Shown piece by piece: positions 14,501 to 27,856 of a stretch of DNA of 64,000 bases. Origin of the DNA: Octopus vulgaris (taxonomy: Eukaryota); the NCBI GenBank assembly GCA_951406725.2, contig OX597815.1, positions 60,140,001 through 60,204,000 on the forward strand, read 5' to 3'. Position 1 is the stretch's first letter. The number at the start of each line of letters is the position of its first letter. The notes under the pieces are model-generated. The model did no database searches and was not told the DNA's origin. It worked only from the letters and a program-made list of their open reading frames with translations. A program made the position numbers and the translations under genes.

Positions 14501-15554
14501 AGTCTTTTCTTTTGCAGCTCGTTGTGCAGGATTCAAACTGTCCATGTTCATACCTTCTAATAATTTGTTACGTTAACAAACTTTGCACTTACTACTCACA
14601 GTTTTTGTTTAAAGGAAAACAGTTGTTACTTCCATCTATTGGCGAATGGTCACTGCAGCACGTTATAGTAGGACATAGAAAGTCCAAAGGTTAGAATTCT
14701 CGATAACACCAAGTTGCTAAGTTTTCTGTTGATTTGTGTCATAATTGTTCTTTTATGTAATTGTTTATTAATGCTAATCTTTTTACCTCTTACTTGTTTC
14801 AGTCAATGAATTTCAGTCATGCCGGGGAACTATCCTGAAGGGTTTATTCGAATAAATCAACCGCAGTTGATTTTTATTTATTTATTTATTTGAAATGGTG
14901 AAATTTTTGTCTCAATTTTCTTATCTGAACTTTTTGTTCATATCCTTTATTTATGTTTCTCCATAAACAGCCACCGTACATCAGTGTAATGACGGTACTC
15001 TCGTCTTAATGTTATTGTTATTATTGATGTCACCTCGCTCATGACTTGTGTTTTCAGGTGTTCTCAGAAGAACCTACTTGTTTATTCTGACGTTCATTTA
15101 ATGTTCGATTTGGAAGGTCAGTTAGGGTTAATAGCAATTTATCTCGACGATGATAGTTTGTCGTACATTTTTGGTACTGAAATACAAATAGTTGGGGCAT
15201 TTTAGATCTCTGTCATTTATCACCCTATTCATCTAACCGATGGAGAAATCTTACCTAAATATTTTGTAGAACTGATAAAAGAGGCGTTGGTTCAATTCAA
15301 AGGTCTACTGAAGTTTCTCTTGATAGTTCCTCCCACAACATACAATAGCTGACCCCAGTCTCCTATCCAGCTATAATGTATATAACATTTCACGTGTTGA
15401 GCTGTAGTAAATTTTCACTGCTTCATTACTCCAACGCTCTTCCATTAAGAAAATATGCTTCTTCGCATTTGCCAGAAGATTACCAGTTTATTTTTTATTT
15501 TTTATTAGGTGTGGATCAGTAGCGAAAGTTGTATGCATGTTATGTATATATATA

Positions 15555-16257
15555 TACTTACATACAGGAGACCAAAAGTGTAGTACGCCGCTATATGTAT
15601 TTATAAAAAAATTGAACAACAACGTAGCAGGTGTCAATAAAACATCCAGATAGTTAGACGAGATAAAACATGAAAATACAAAGACGGGTCATTCTGAGCT
15701 TTTTTCTTAAGTCGACTTCCAGATCGTTGCAGCTTCGGCCGGTTATACTCTAGACTGCTCCAATCTATCCGATCCCAAGAAAATTTAAGCTAAGAGCGCT
15801 AGATTCTTTGGAAGAAAGCAAGCGAATGTATACGAAAACAAGGTCGAAAAACAAAAACGGAAAAAAAACAACAAAAAGCGGAGAAATGGTACACAAATGC
15901 AAACAACAGGTGTCTTTCGACTGAGGACGAATTAAATTAAGCTGGTGTGTGTGGAAGTGAAGCTTTACGGCAGGAATATAAGAGATGAAAGTCATGGGAA
16001 GGAATATAAGAAATGGTGGCCGAACCAAGAAAGAAAGGTCAGGCTTGGCGGAGCACCGGTCACATGGAAGGAGAGGAGAGAGGTAGGAGCAGAGGGATTG
16101 AAGAATAAGGGAGGGACGAGAAAGAGAGAAAAAGGAAAGGGACAAAGTGAGGTAAAGGAGGAGGGAAAGTGAGACGGAGAGCGAGAAAAAGATAGTGAAA
16201 AAAACAAAGAAAGAGTGAAGAGGCTAAAAGAAAGAGTAAGAGTCGTACAGAATTTAT
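15555..16257. mobile_element. Non-coding ~700 bp repeat related to 60988-61740
   Basis: Shared blocks gacggg..attc, ccaag.aaa..taagcta.gagc..tagatt..ttggaa, cgaatgtatacgaaa, purine-rich tract and gagtcgtac..aattta. Confidence 0.65.
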
Positions 16258-16261
16258 GTGT

Positions 16262-16363
<102 letters not shown>

Positions 16364-16939
16364 AAATTAACTAGTTCTAAAATCTCTATAAGAAATTTAA
16401 GTAGTTTCAATACTGAAAAGTAATGTTTGTTGCCATTTGAATATGGCTGTTCCGTACGGAACTACGTTACGACCATTTTTTAAACCCCAGGAGTACATCT
16501 CCTCCAGCTGTTTAACGACACAACCTGTTTCTAATATATTGCGAGCTGGGTAGTGAACCCCTGCAATCTAGCGGTGACAAGATCAGTATACCAGTCTGGT
16601 TTCAGGGTATTTCCCTTCGTCAGTACTGGACCCCTGTCTGTTAGATATAGCAGTGGTTCGTCCTAGCTCGCAACATATACAAAAACAAGTGACAATTAGC
16701 TGCTGATTTTCAACAAGCAAAGTGGCGAGTTGTAAAATCTCTAGAAGAGATGTAAGTAGTAACAATACTGAAAACTAATGTTTGTTTCCACTTTAAAATG
16801 GCTGTTCAGTACGGTCCGTTTCTATAGTAGGAATCAAGGTGTTTGTTGGATGCACACTTTGTTCAGCTCTTGTTGAACAACTCTTGCTAACACTTGGTCA
16901 GATCAGGACTGTATATATAGAAAAGAGGAATGTAGTAAG

Positions 16940-17545
16940 CGTGAGGAAATAGTTTTTGGTCATCCCATAACTACATAAAAGACAAAGTTTTGGTCAGATG
17001 GGCTCTAACAGGTAACAAATTTTTAGACTTTCTGGAGTTACAAACAAAAGAGGTGAACTCCGGTTTTAACGGCAGCCAAACCATTGTTCTAGCCAACACT
17101 GTGGTGGAAGACGTTGCTTTGGCCAACAGGTAACTAAAGTAGACAAGCGCGATTTTGTCATCCTTACGTTACAATAGTACACAAGTAGTTGGTCAGTCAG
17201 GGACGAACAAGAAATAAGACTTTAGTCAAATCGTGTTTAACAAGAGACAAAGTTTTGATCAGTCCACGATGAAAGCAAAGACAAGGCTTTGATCAATCTG
17301 AGCCTATATAGAGTAAAATATAGTTTAGAGGACAAACAGGCGAAAGGTAGAAGTACGAGGAAGAGCTCTGGTCAGCCCGGCTCAAATAGGAATCAAAGTT
17401 TTGGCAAACGCAACGCTGGCAGTGACAATGCCTTAGTTAGCTCGGTACTAAAATTCAAGACAAGACGCTGGTTATTGTATAACTATATAGAAGAAAAGAC
17501 TTTTGTCAGCAAGGAGCCATAGTGAGTGACAAAAGATGTTTGGAT
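16940..17545. repeat. Degenerate minisatellite, period ~33-35 bp
   Basis: Recurring gacaaagttttggtcag-like motif at about 16981, 17180, 17214, 17246, 17280, 17359, 17392, 17424, 17459, 17494 and 17528. Confidence 0.6.
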
Positions 17546-17759
17546 GCAGACAACATGCACCAATTACACAACCACTCTTGAAACAGCTGTACCGGTCGAT
17601 CAACAAATTTTCTTCTATCAGTTTCATAGTCTTTACCTGTGATAACCTTCACCGATCTACAAAACTATGTCATGTCTCCTTGTTAACATCGCAATTATTA
17701 AGAACTTTCTACAATCAGAACTTTTACTGACCTCTTAATAGATGCATGTTATACATAAC

Positions 17760-17937
17760 AGGCGTGGCTGCATGGTAAGAAGTTTGCTTCCTAACAACAT
17801 GGTTACAAGTTGAACCTTGTCAGTGAATTCGGTAGACAGAAAATGAAAGAGCTCGTCATGTATATATATATATAGATATATATATATATATATATATATA
17901 AAAGACGCGTTCTTTATATACATATACATACATACAA

Positions 17938-17988
<51 letters not shown>

Positions 17989-18206
17989 TGTGTGTGCGTG
18001 TGTGTATGCGTGTTTGTGTGTGCATACATGTGTCTTTGGGTGTGTGTATTTCTCTCCAAACGGTGTTCCGTAACTTAGCGGTTCGGCCATAAACGACCAA
18101 TAGAATAAGTGCCATACTAAAAAAAGTATTTGGGTCGATTCAATTGACTAAAGATCCTTTACGGTGGGCGTAGTCTAATGACCGAAAGAAGTAAACGATA
18201 AAAGGG
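17760..18206 (+). mobile_element. SINE family B (tRNA-like head, internal TA/TG microsatellite), internally deleted copy
   Basis: ggcgtggctgcatggtaagaagtttgcttcc head, ggtagacagaaaatgaaaga, then cgtaacttagcggttcggc..tagaataagt; matches 35385-35875. Confidence 0.75.
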
Positions 18207-18213
18207 ATATGCA

Positions 18214-18252
<39 letters not shown>

Positions 18253-18807
18253 ATTAAAATTTAAAATAATAAGGGTGAAAAATTGAATATTAATTTAATT
18301 AATATCAATTTAAAACCAGCGGTCTAGCATGTTAAAATCAGAAAAATTATATTACATACATATAAGAGGGATGACCACTATGTGGACATCCATTATTTTA
18401 GGAGTAGATCCGTTATGGTCTTACCACTAAGAAAGGAATGCTCTCACGAAAATTTAGCAAACGCCAGAACGTAAGCGAGCAAGACAAATGAAAAGAAATA
18501 AAATATAGATTAATCATAAACTGATTTCGCTATTAACACTGACGCAAATTACTTACGTAGTTGTCCGTAGCTCATTATTGCAAATATAAATTGCAGAATT
18601 ATACACAAGACGTCAGCATGAGATTAAACATGTATACAGTTATATCAATTACACTTGGGGTTGTCTTTCAAAAGTCTTCGCCTTGGTGCGCTAAAATACC
18701 GGAATTAATTCTGTAGAAAATAATTCTCTGCAGTGAATTTTGCCGGTTAGAGAACATAGTTATTTAAAATTAAATTTAAAATAATAATAATAATAAAAAC
18801 AAATTTG

Positions 18808-18864
<57 letters not shown>

Positions 18865-18868
18865 TATA

Positions 18869-19260
18869 CTAGCAGTATCGCCCGGCGTTGCTCGGGTTTG
18901 TAAGGGAAATAATTATATAAGCATTTTTAGAGATGTAAAGTATAATAGCCATCTCAATATGGCTAACCACAAAGGGGGAGGGTGTTACTGTAGCTTTTTA
19001 CGTTCTGAGATTTAATAATAAATTTTAGAGAGTTACTTCCCTTATATATGTCAAAAATGGATTAAAAATGGGAAAAATTGATGGTAAATTTTTTTAAATC
19101 GTAGACTCATCGTAGACGCGCGCTAATACCCAGACGGTCTCGATATGAATCACGACTATAAGATACCCGGTTTTGGTTAAACTGCACCGCAAAATGTGGG
19201 AGTAGTTAGGAATCTAAATCGTAGGAGACAGACACACAACCTCACTTTTATATATAAAGA
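18869..19260 (-). mobile_element. Complete non-autonomous Helitron (392 bp)
   Basis: Minus strand begins TCTTTATATATAAAA and ends with hairpin cccgagcaacgccggg followed by ..CTAG. Inserted between A and T with no TSD. Confidence 0.88.
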
Positions 19261-19426
19261 TTTCCTCTATTTACATAATATTGAGGTCTCTTTCTTTCTT
19301 TTGTTATCTTACTGTTTTTACCAATATACATATATATATATATATATATAAATATATATATAGTTACAGAGATGTACTTGCATAGCAAGTGACTTGATCT
19401 GAGATCGTGTGCTGGAACGAAAACAG

Positions 19427-19686
19427 TTGCAGCGTTGAAGGTGTTTATAAGCCATTTAAGAAACACACAAAAGCCGTTAGATTCACTTCAACATTTAAAT
19501 TTAATTTGTGAAAATATTTTCGTCGCTTTGAGACCGCGACCTGTTAGCACGATATTTTTGTCAGTGAACAGGTCGCGGTCTGAAAGCGACGAAAATATTT
19601 TGGCAAATTAAATTTAAATGTTGAAGTGAATGTAACGGTTTTTGTGTGTTTCTTAAATGGCTTACAAACACCTTCCACGCTGCAAT
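19427..19686. repeat. Long inverted repeat (~120 bp arms, ~19 bp spacer)
   Basis: ttgcagcg...gaccgcgacctgtt pairs with aacaggtcgcggtc...cgctgcaa, with few mismatches. Confidence 0.92.
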
Positions 19687-19764
19687 ATATATATACACAC
19701 ATATATATATATGTATGTATGTATGTATGTGTGTATATGTGTATGCATGTATGTGTGTGTGTGT

Positions 19765-19985
19765 GCGTGTCTGTGCTTGTGATTGTCCTCCACCACTGCT
19801 TGACAACGAATGTTGGTTTGTTTACATCCCTGTCACCTAGTGGTTTGACAAAGGAAACAGATAGAATAAGTACAATGCTTACAAAAATAAAACTGGAGTT
19901 GATTCATTAAACTACAATTCTTCAAGGCATTGCCCCAGCATGGCCACAGAGCAATGGCTGGAAAAAGCAGAAGAATAAAAGAATA
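19765..19985 (+). mobile_element. SINE family B 3' half
   Basis: gcttgacaac..gtttac.tccc.gt..cttag..gatagaataagtac..ccagcatggccaca core. Confidence 0.65.
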
Positions 19986-20049
19986 CATTCTCTGCTTTGG
20001 TCATATGTTGAAGGCATGAGAAAGCTTGAGTTTACATGAGAAGGCCTAA

Positions 20050-20424
20050 CAGACCTGGTAGAAACAGCAGCCAAATCTCCCTCAAATCACACCTTACTGT
20101 CTTATGTATGTATATATATATGAGCCAATGAAGGGGACCTCTACATGGTAGCTAGACCTGGTAGAAATAGCAGCCAAATTTCCCCCAAATCACACCTTAC
20201 TGTCTTATCTATGTATATATGTATGTATGAGCCTATGAGGGAGACCCCTACATGGCAGCTAGACCTGGTAGAAATAGCAGCCAAATTTCCCCCAAATCAC
20301 ACCTTACTGTCTTATCTATGTATATATATATGTATGAGCCTATGAGGGAGACCCCTACATGGCAGCTAGACATGGTAGAAATAGCAGCCAAATCTCCCTC
20401 AAATCACACCTTACTGTCTTATCT
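20050..20424. repeat. Tandem repeat, ~107 bp unit, ~3.5 copies
   Basis: agacctggtagaaatagcagccaaat...cacaccttactgtcttat occurs at ~20050, 20153, 20260 and 20367. Confidence 0.92.
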
Positions 20425-20954
20425 TTCTGCTACTTGGATATAGGTGTTATATTCGTCGTAAAAAAACTTTCCTGTCACACACTCACGCACACGCACACAC
20501 ACACACACACACACGCACCCTCACACACACACACACGCGCACACCCACACACACCCACTCACACACACGCACGCTAGCTTACAATTTTATTTATATATTT
20601 GCGCGTCTGTGTGGAAAGAGGAAGTGGGAGGCAGAGTGAAAGAATCACTCACTACAGTAAGTCAATTACTTTCATTTTATTCGTTGCCCACTGTGTGTGT
20701 GCGTTTGCGTGTGCTGTAAACCAGACTAAGAAAAGCATTTGACACACACACCAGAATGTGAGTTTTCTGTAAATTTTGCTTAACTGGAGTTTAAATTTTA
20801 AAAACTGGACCTGGCATGACGCGATGCATTGTACTCTTAAAAATGCAAGGTAAATTGTAATTGAAGAAATCCTATATTGTAGATTTGTATAACTCCCAAA
20901 GGGAGGCAGATAAAATCTGCCTTTTATAATAAGAGATATATATATATATATATA

Positions 20955-22422
20955 AAATAGTAAAAAGTGAAAAGACTACAGAAGGCTTAAAGGTTAAAAA
21001 ATATATATATTTGCGTCAATATGTCTGAAGAATATTAAAAAAATTTTTTTCCTTACAATGACATAATTTAGAAGAAAGACCGGTTTCGCGTTTAGCTTTT
21101 CAAATTTCTTACGACGTTATGTTTATGTTGAATAGAGTTATCGTTATGTTTATGTTTAAAAGAGTTCTAAATAAGGGGAGGTAATGAGTGATTTCTTCCG
21201 GTGTAAGGGAGATAATCGCTTAAAAATGTTTTCCTTTCCCTTGGTGTGAATTTCTCTGTATCAGTATGTTGGCATGGTTAAGTCTGGGCTTGTACTTTTC
21301 AATGAAGAATGTTTCCTTGTTTAGTCTAATTTGTGTTGTTGATCCGATAGCACATTGGTAAAATGGAAAGATTAAAAATTGTGGTAGTAGTTGCTTTGCG
21401 CATTTCTCAATGTGCTCACTAAAAGGTATCATTCTGTATTCTGGGAATGCAATCTGTTGTCGATGCAGTGTGCATCTACGTCTGAGTGATAGTCCCGTGG
21501 ATCCCACGTAGTCTTGGTGGCAGCCCGAGCATTTTATGACATAAATTATGTTTTCAGAGGCACAAGTAAAGTTAGATTTGATCTTGAATTTCTGTCCCCC
21601 TTTAAAGAGGAATTCTGATCCTTCTAGCAGGTTTGGACATGTTGCACAGTTCGATCTACCACATTTTTTTACTTTTGCATCCGTAATTTCAGAAAACCAT
21701 TTTTCCTTTGCGAGAATCTTTTTAAGTGATTTAGGTTGTTTGTAGCTTTTAATGATTTGGTGTATGTTTAGAATTTCCTTTAATTTGGGGTCCTTATGAA
21801 GTATTGGTAAATTCTGGGTGATGATGGTGAAGGCTTCTTTGTTTCTGGGGTTGTATGTAGATATGTAAGGTAGTATGTTCGGGGAAGGTGTGTTGTTGTG
21901 TTGAACTTTTCTTAAAGTTTCTATGCTGATTTCTGTTGCACGTCTGATCCCATCCTCTATGAGTTGAGTTGGGTAATGTCTGTCAATTAGGGTGTTTTTG
22001 AGTTCTTGCAGTCTAAAGTTCCTGGTATTTTGTTCTGACACTATTGTGCATATCCTTCTTGCAAGGTTGAAGGGGATGTTTGTTTTAGTGTGTCTTGGGT
22101 GGCATGAATTAAAAAGAAGGTATTGTTTGGCGTCTGTGGCTTTGTAAAAAATGTCTGTTTCTATTTTAAGGTTAATTTTTTAAATTAGTATATCCAAGAA
22201 CGGGAGCTCCTTTTGGTTGTATTCCATTGTGAACTGTATATTTGGGTTTATGCTGTTCAATAGGTTTTTAAATTTTAGGAGTTTATCTGTGTTTTCATTC
22301 CAGAGTATAAAACAATCGTCTAAGAATCGTTTCCAATTCTCTTTTATGTATTGAGAAAGGGGGTTTCCAAAGATTGATAAAGATTCCTGGTAAATGATTA
22401 TTTCCATGTAGCCCATTACCAC
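20955..22422 (-). mobile_element. 5'-truncated Penelope-like element (RT C-half + GIY-YIG), one in-frame stop, bounded by (TA)n
   Basis: Reads WKRFLDDCF, LPFLDIL, FNSCHP.HTK.NIPFNLARRICTIV, KCGRSNCATC and IIYVIKCSGCHQDYVGST. TAA stop at 22180. Confidence 0.92.
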
Positions 22423-22443
22423 GTGCTTTCACAAACCAACTTT

Positions 22444-22500
<57 letters not shown>

Positions 22501-22549
22501 TAAATACCTGACAGATACGATTTAGGTTTACCATCAGCGATGAAGTAGT

Positions 22550-22599
22550 CACTGCTGACAAGCTTTAATTCCATGCGAAACTAGGTTGCTAGTTTAGTG
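22550..22599 (+). ncRNA. Type I hammerhead ribozyme with one core mutation (CUGACAA)
   Basis: cactg-CTGACAA-gc..gc-GAAAC-tag[gttg]cta-GTT-tagtg. Stems I and III pair; stem II is short. Confidence 0.55.
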
Positions 22600-22909
22600 A
22601 TCTCGCTCGCTCTGGTGCGATTATATCCCCTGTCAGTACGTAGAATGTGCTTTTTATGGCTGTCTTTGACTCTAGTTTCTATCAATGTAGGTACAACCCT
22701 GCACCCCCAGTCACTATTAGTGACAACTGAATTTTTTTGTTTTTGGTCTTATATTGCGACTAGCCACCTTCGTTATTAAAATTTAATTTATAGCAAAAGA
22801 AGCAGTACAGGTTCCACATTAAGTGGAAGATCAAGATTGCCTCTAGGTATTAGTACAATTTCTGACTCAAATAATTATGTGTGTACACACGCATACATAT
22901 TTATGCATA

Positions 22910-22962
<53 letters not shown>

Positions 22963-22972
22963 TATATGCCTG

Positions 22973-23017
<45 letters not shown>

Positions 23018-23121
23018 GTATGCATATATTTTTAATGATATTTAGCAGAAGTAACATAATGCGTTTAGTAAGTACCAACGCACGAAACTCTCGGGCTTTG
23101 AATCACTCTGTTACTTCTCCT

Positions 23122-23156
<35 letters not shown>

Positions 23157-23477
23157 CAACAATTGAGGGTAAAATTAATTAATTAATCAATTTCACCAAG
23201 TATTCAGTATACAAAGGGACCATTTAAGGCGAATTCAAATTATTACATTATATATATATTATATATTATATATATATTATATAATATATTATATAATATA
23301 TACACATACCAGCTCGATCGGTTGATTGCTTATGGCCAATCTTGATTTTGGCAACTATAACATCCCTGTTATTTAAAGGTGGAGAGAAAGCACAAATTAG
23401 ACTTGAGCATTAATAGTATGTACTCATCGCATCATAGACTAGATCATGAATTGATTATAGCAAGGCATTCAATCATT

Positions 23478-25047
23478 CATAACATATTTATATAGGGGTG
23501 AGAATGGCGATTTCTGTCTGTCTGTCTGTCTGTTACCATCTTCTGCCCAAACCAGGGAACCAATCTTCTCATGTTGAACTAACATCCAGTTCATTTATAG
23601 GCTAACTGGATTTCAATAAAAATTGATAATAGACCGACTACAGGGGTTGGGTTGTTACATGATAAAATGAGAGGGGTGCAACAATGTTAGGTTCAGGGAA
23701 ATATGGCGTAATGACGGGGGCTGACACTTCCATACACATAAAAGAGAGTTTGTATACATGTGTGTGTGTGTGTGTGTGTGTATGTGTGTGTGTGTGTGTG
23801 TGTGTGTATGCGCGTGCGCGTGCGAGACTGCGTGCGTGTGTATATTTCTTATGCATTCGAAAACTGAGTTCCCGATTTTGCTGTATGGGGTGTCAAAAGA
23901 TTCAGTAATCTTACAACTACCAAATAAACTTTATTTTCATTTACATATTTGCATTACAAATATTTTACTACGACGATGTCACATTTTTTATATGAGTGTG
24001 TACCTTTAAAGACATCCATTTCTCTGTATGCTATGAGGAAATACAGTTAATCACTCTCTGTCTCATATGCACACGAACACGCACACATATATACAAAAAA
24101 GATGTATGCATACGTATTTATATATGTGTATATGAAAGACGTGTGTGTGTGTGTGTGTGTGTGTGAGACAGTGAGAGAGACCGAGTACCCTTTACACATA
24201 CATGGCAACATACACCTTCACTCACTCTCTCTTTCCTTCTCTCTCTGCTCAACGTACATACACACACGCACACACACGTACACACACACACGTCCATTTT
24301 ATATACACGTACATAGATCTTTCACTTTCACTTTCTCTTCTCTTTCATTTTCTGCTCTCTTCAAAACATAAAGAAATATAAAAAATACGGAAATTAACGA
24401 ATACGTTAGTTGCCGATTTTGACGAATGGGGTATTAAAAGATTCAGTAACCTTTCGGCTAACAAATAAAGTTTATTTTCATTTACATATTTGCATTACAA
24501 AAATTTAGCATTATAATATTTCTATAATTCAACTATCCTAAACGACAGTTTATACCACGACGACGACATCACATTCTCTATATGAATGTGTACCGTAAAA
24601 GACATCCATTTCTCTATAGGAAATACAGTCACTAACTTTCTCTCACACATGAACACGCACACATACATACAAAAAAGATGTATGCGTATGTAATTTATGT
24701 ATGTGTATATGAAAGATAATGTGTGTGTGTGAGGGAGAGAGAGTGTGAATGCCTCTTACACATACATGCAAAAATTACATACATGACAACATACACTTCC
24801 ATTTAATATACACGTACATATATTTTTCACTTTCTCTTCTCTTTCACTTTCTACTCTCACTTGAAAGCAAATGTCGCCTTTTCACTTTCTCCTCTCATTC
24901 AATGTCTACTGTCTTCAAAGCATAAAGAAATTAATTTTTTGTACAGAAATTAACGAACTATCGTATGATCCTATATGATCGACTATATGGTCAAGTTGAC
25001 AACTTTCCTGCTTCAAACGCAAGAATGCCATAAGATAACTTCCTTTG

Positions 25048-25096
<49 letters not shown>

Positions 25097-26320
25097 CTCT
25101 CTCTCTCTCTCTCTCTCTAAGTAAAACTTCTGTATGACTTAAGTTATTCCTTTCTATGTGCACGCGCAAAATTACACCTCAAATTAAATTGAAATTATCT
25201 TTTTCTATTGTGTAATTCGTGTTTGTAATGAGTGTATTAAAAAACCTGATCTTCGATATAAACTTAAAAGGTCCAGAAGTTTCTTGGTATATTTATATAC
25301 TCTCAATGCGGGGAAGTTTCTTTAGAAACAATGTCGTTTGCCTGATGTTTCTAGCATTCCAGTGTGACATTTGAACACCACCACTGATTTTTTCCTAAAT
25401 TTTTTCCAATTTTTATGCTTTCAATACAGGAAATTAGGATTTCGCTCAAAAGACACGTTCTCAATATTTTTATTTTCTCCCTTTCCATTCCAGTTCATTT
25501 TTTACTTTTTAGAATTTTTTCTTGGTAATTCACGGAGCGAAAAAAGAAAGAGTACGAATCTTTAAGAATTTTTTTATTTTCTTTTTTTCTTCAAGAAACA
25601 ATAAAATCTCCTTCCCAAACATCCACTCACCACCTCACCACTTTCAAAAAGCTACAAACACCCAATGTTTCACTTTTAGCTTTTTGGAAAGCGGGAAAGT
25701 TTCTTCAGAAACAGTGTCGCTTACCTGTTGTTTCTAGCATGTCGGGTTTTCTGGTGAAGCTGTAATATTTTTTATGTCTGCTATTTCAGCACAATTCTAC
25801 GCATGCGTGAAACAGACGAAAGTGAAACATTGGGTGTTTTTAGCTTTTTGAAAGCAGACAGGTGATGCGTGTGCAAGGTGGGGGAAGGGGCATTGAGTCT
25901 TTTTTAAGAAAAAATTAAACTTTAAAAAATTAATATATTTCACAGATTCGTAATTTCTGTATCTTTCTACATGAATAAAAAAGAAAGTTTGTCAAAAAGT
26001 TATAAATTAGAAATTACGTTGGAGACGGGGTAGGGTGGGAGAACTAAAATTTTGAAAACGTGATTTCTGGACAAAATCGTTTTAACCCCCTTTTATACGA
26101 TGAAACAATACATAGTTTAAGAACAAAAAAGCACTTTCATTCAAACCCATGCAAAGTGTACATTCTACCTCTTCATTATTAAACAAACAAAAACTTCCAT
26201 TACGCCAGTAATCCAGTTCACTATATATCAGCTGTGCTGATTATGCTCATAAGAAAGGCACAAATAATACGATATAGCGGTATATCATAACATGCAGGCA
26301 ACACCGTGATGCATTGCTAG
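23478..26320 (+). mobile_element. Probable ~2.8 kb non-autonomous Helitron with internal duplications
   Basis: 3' end has a degenerate hairpin (ggcaacaccgtg) + CTAG|T at 26317-26321. The 5' region has TC.., an AT-rich stretch and (CTGT)n like the 18869-19260 element. The 5' boundary is uncertain. Confidence 0.5.
23872..24860. repeat. Diverged direct duplication (~490 bp; 23872-24360 vs 24413-24860)
   Basis: Shared aaaagattcagtaa, ttattttcatttacatatttgcattacaaa, aaagacatccatttctct and acaaaaaagatgtatgc. Confidence 0.85.
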
Positions 26321-26718
26321 TATATAAATATACCAAGAAACTACTGAAGCGTTCCAGTTATTCTAATGGTACAGTCTTATTGCAGTATCACGCTGATTTT
26401 CTTTAGGAATTATACAAATGGTACAATGTCTGTGGAATACTCAACCACATACAACTAAATTTAAGACGGAGGAGCGATGACTTATGTTACTTTATGGATT
26501 ACTTTTCTGTTGAATTTAGATTTACGTCGTTGTTTGTATATTGATCATGGCTGTATGTATGGTATATATTTATGTATGGATTGTGAATGGTATGTAAATA
26601 TGTATATATGTTCATGGATATATGCGCGGCATGTACGTATACACACACTCACACACACATACACACACATACATACACATACGCACGCACACACTCAATA
26701 TGTCTGTTTGTCTGTCTA

Positions 26719-26856
<138 letters not shown>

Positions 26857-27185
26857 ACTATGTATATATATATATATATTATAGTATACAAACTTATATT
26901 TGTGTATGCGTGCGCGTCTGTCTATGTATGTAAATGTATGCATGTATATGCACATGTGTATATATGTATATATACATGCATACATACATATATACATATA
27001 TATATAATTTATACTTATATATGTATATATACATACATATATGTACATACTTACATCTATATGTATATAAATATTATATATATTATTTTTTCGAACAACG
27101 AAAGACACAGATGGAAAACAAGACAAACAACATAAAGAACGACCCTTCATCAGTTGTTGGCTGTTTTTCTAGTCTCGTATTTCGA

Positions 27186-27257
<72 letters not shown>

Positions 27258-27825
27258 AGAAGGAGAGAGAAGGAGGGAGAGAGAGAGCGAGAGAGCGAGT
27301 GAATATGCAAATTCACGCAAGTTTTGACACAAGAGTATATATTTATGTGTTTATGTATGTATGTGTGCATATGTGTGTGTGTGTGAGTGTACGTGTATAT
27401 ATGTGTGATGTGTGTCTGTGTAGACGAGACGGTGGCGAATGATTCGTAGTTTGGTGAGGGAAGAAAAGGTGGAGTGCGCATGATTTGAATAGAATGAAGG
27501 TCAAGAGACAGATGAAGAGGTCAGACAGGTTGAATGGTGCTGGGCCAGACACGACACAGAGACTAACAGACAGACAAAGAGGCAGACAAACAGATATTGT
27601 CATAGAGGACAACATAATCCTTCATAACAATGAACTGTCAAAGATTCGGTCGTCATTCTGTCATACTGCTGCTGTATAAATATATATACGCAAACACTGG
27701 AGCAATACATACACAGCATGCATTCATATACATAAATATGCATGGACACACAAACACACATACACGCACACATGCACGCACGCACAAACGCGCTTATAGA
27801 TTTATGTATGCATATGTATATATAT

Positions 27826-27856
<31 letters not shown>

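Noticed and set aside
16940-17545. CRISPR-like repeat/spacer pattern
   Set aside because: Repeats are short and highly degenerate, the context is eukaryotic, and there are no cas genes.
20445-20937. Third Helitron (minus-strand TCTCTTATTATAAAA start)
   Set aside because: No 3' hairpin + CTAG found; too weak to call.
27498-27524. Two AGGTCA nuclear-receptor half-sites
   Set aside because: Atypical spacing and expected by chance in 64 kb.
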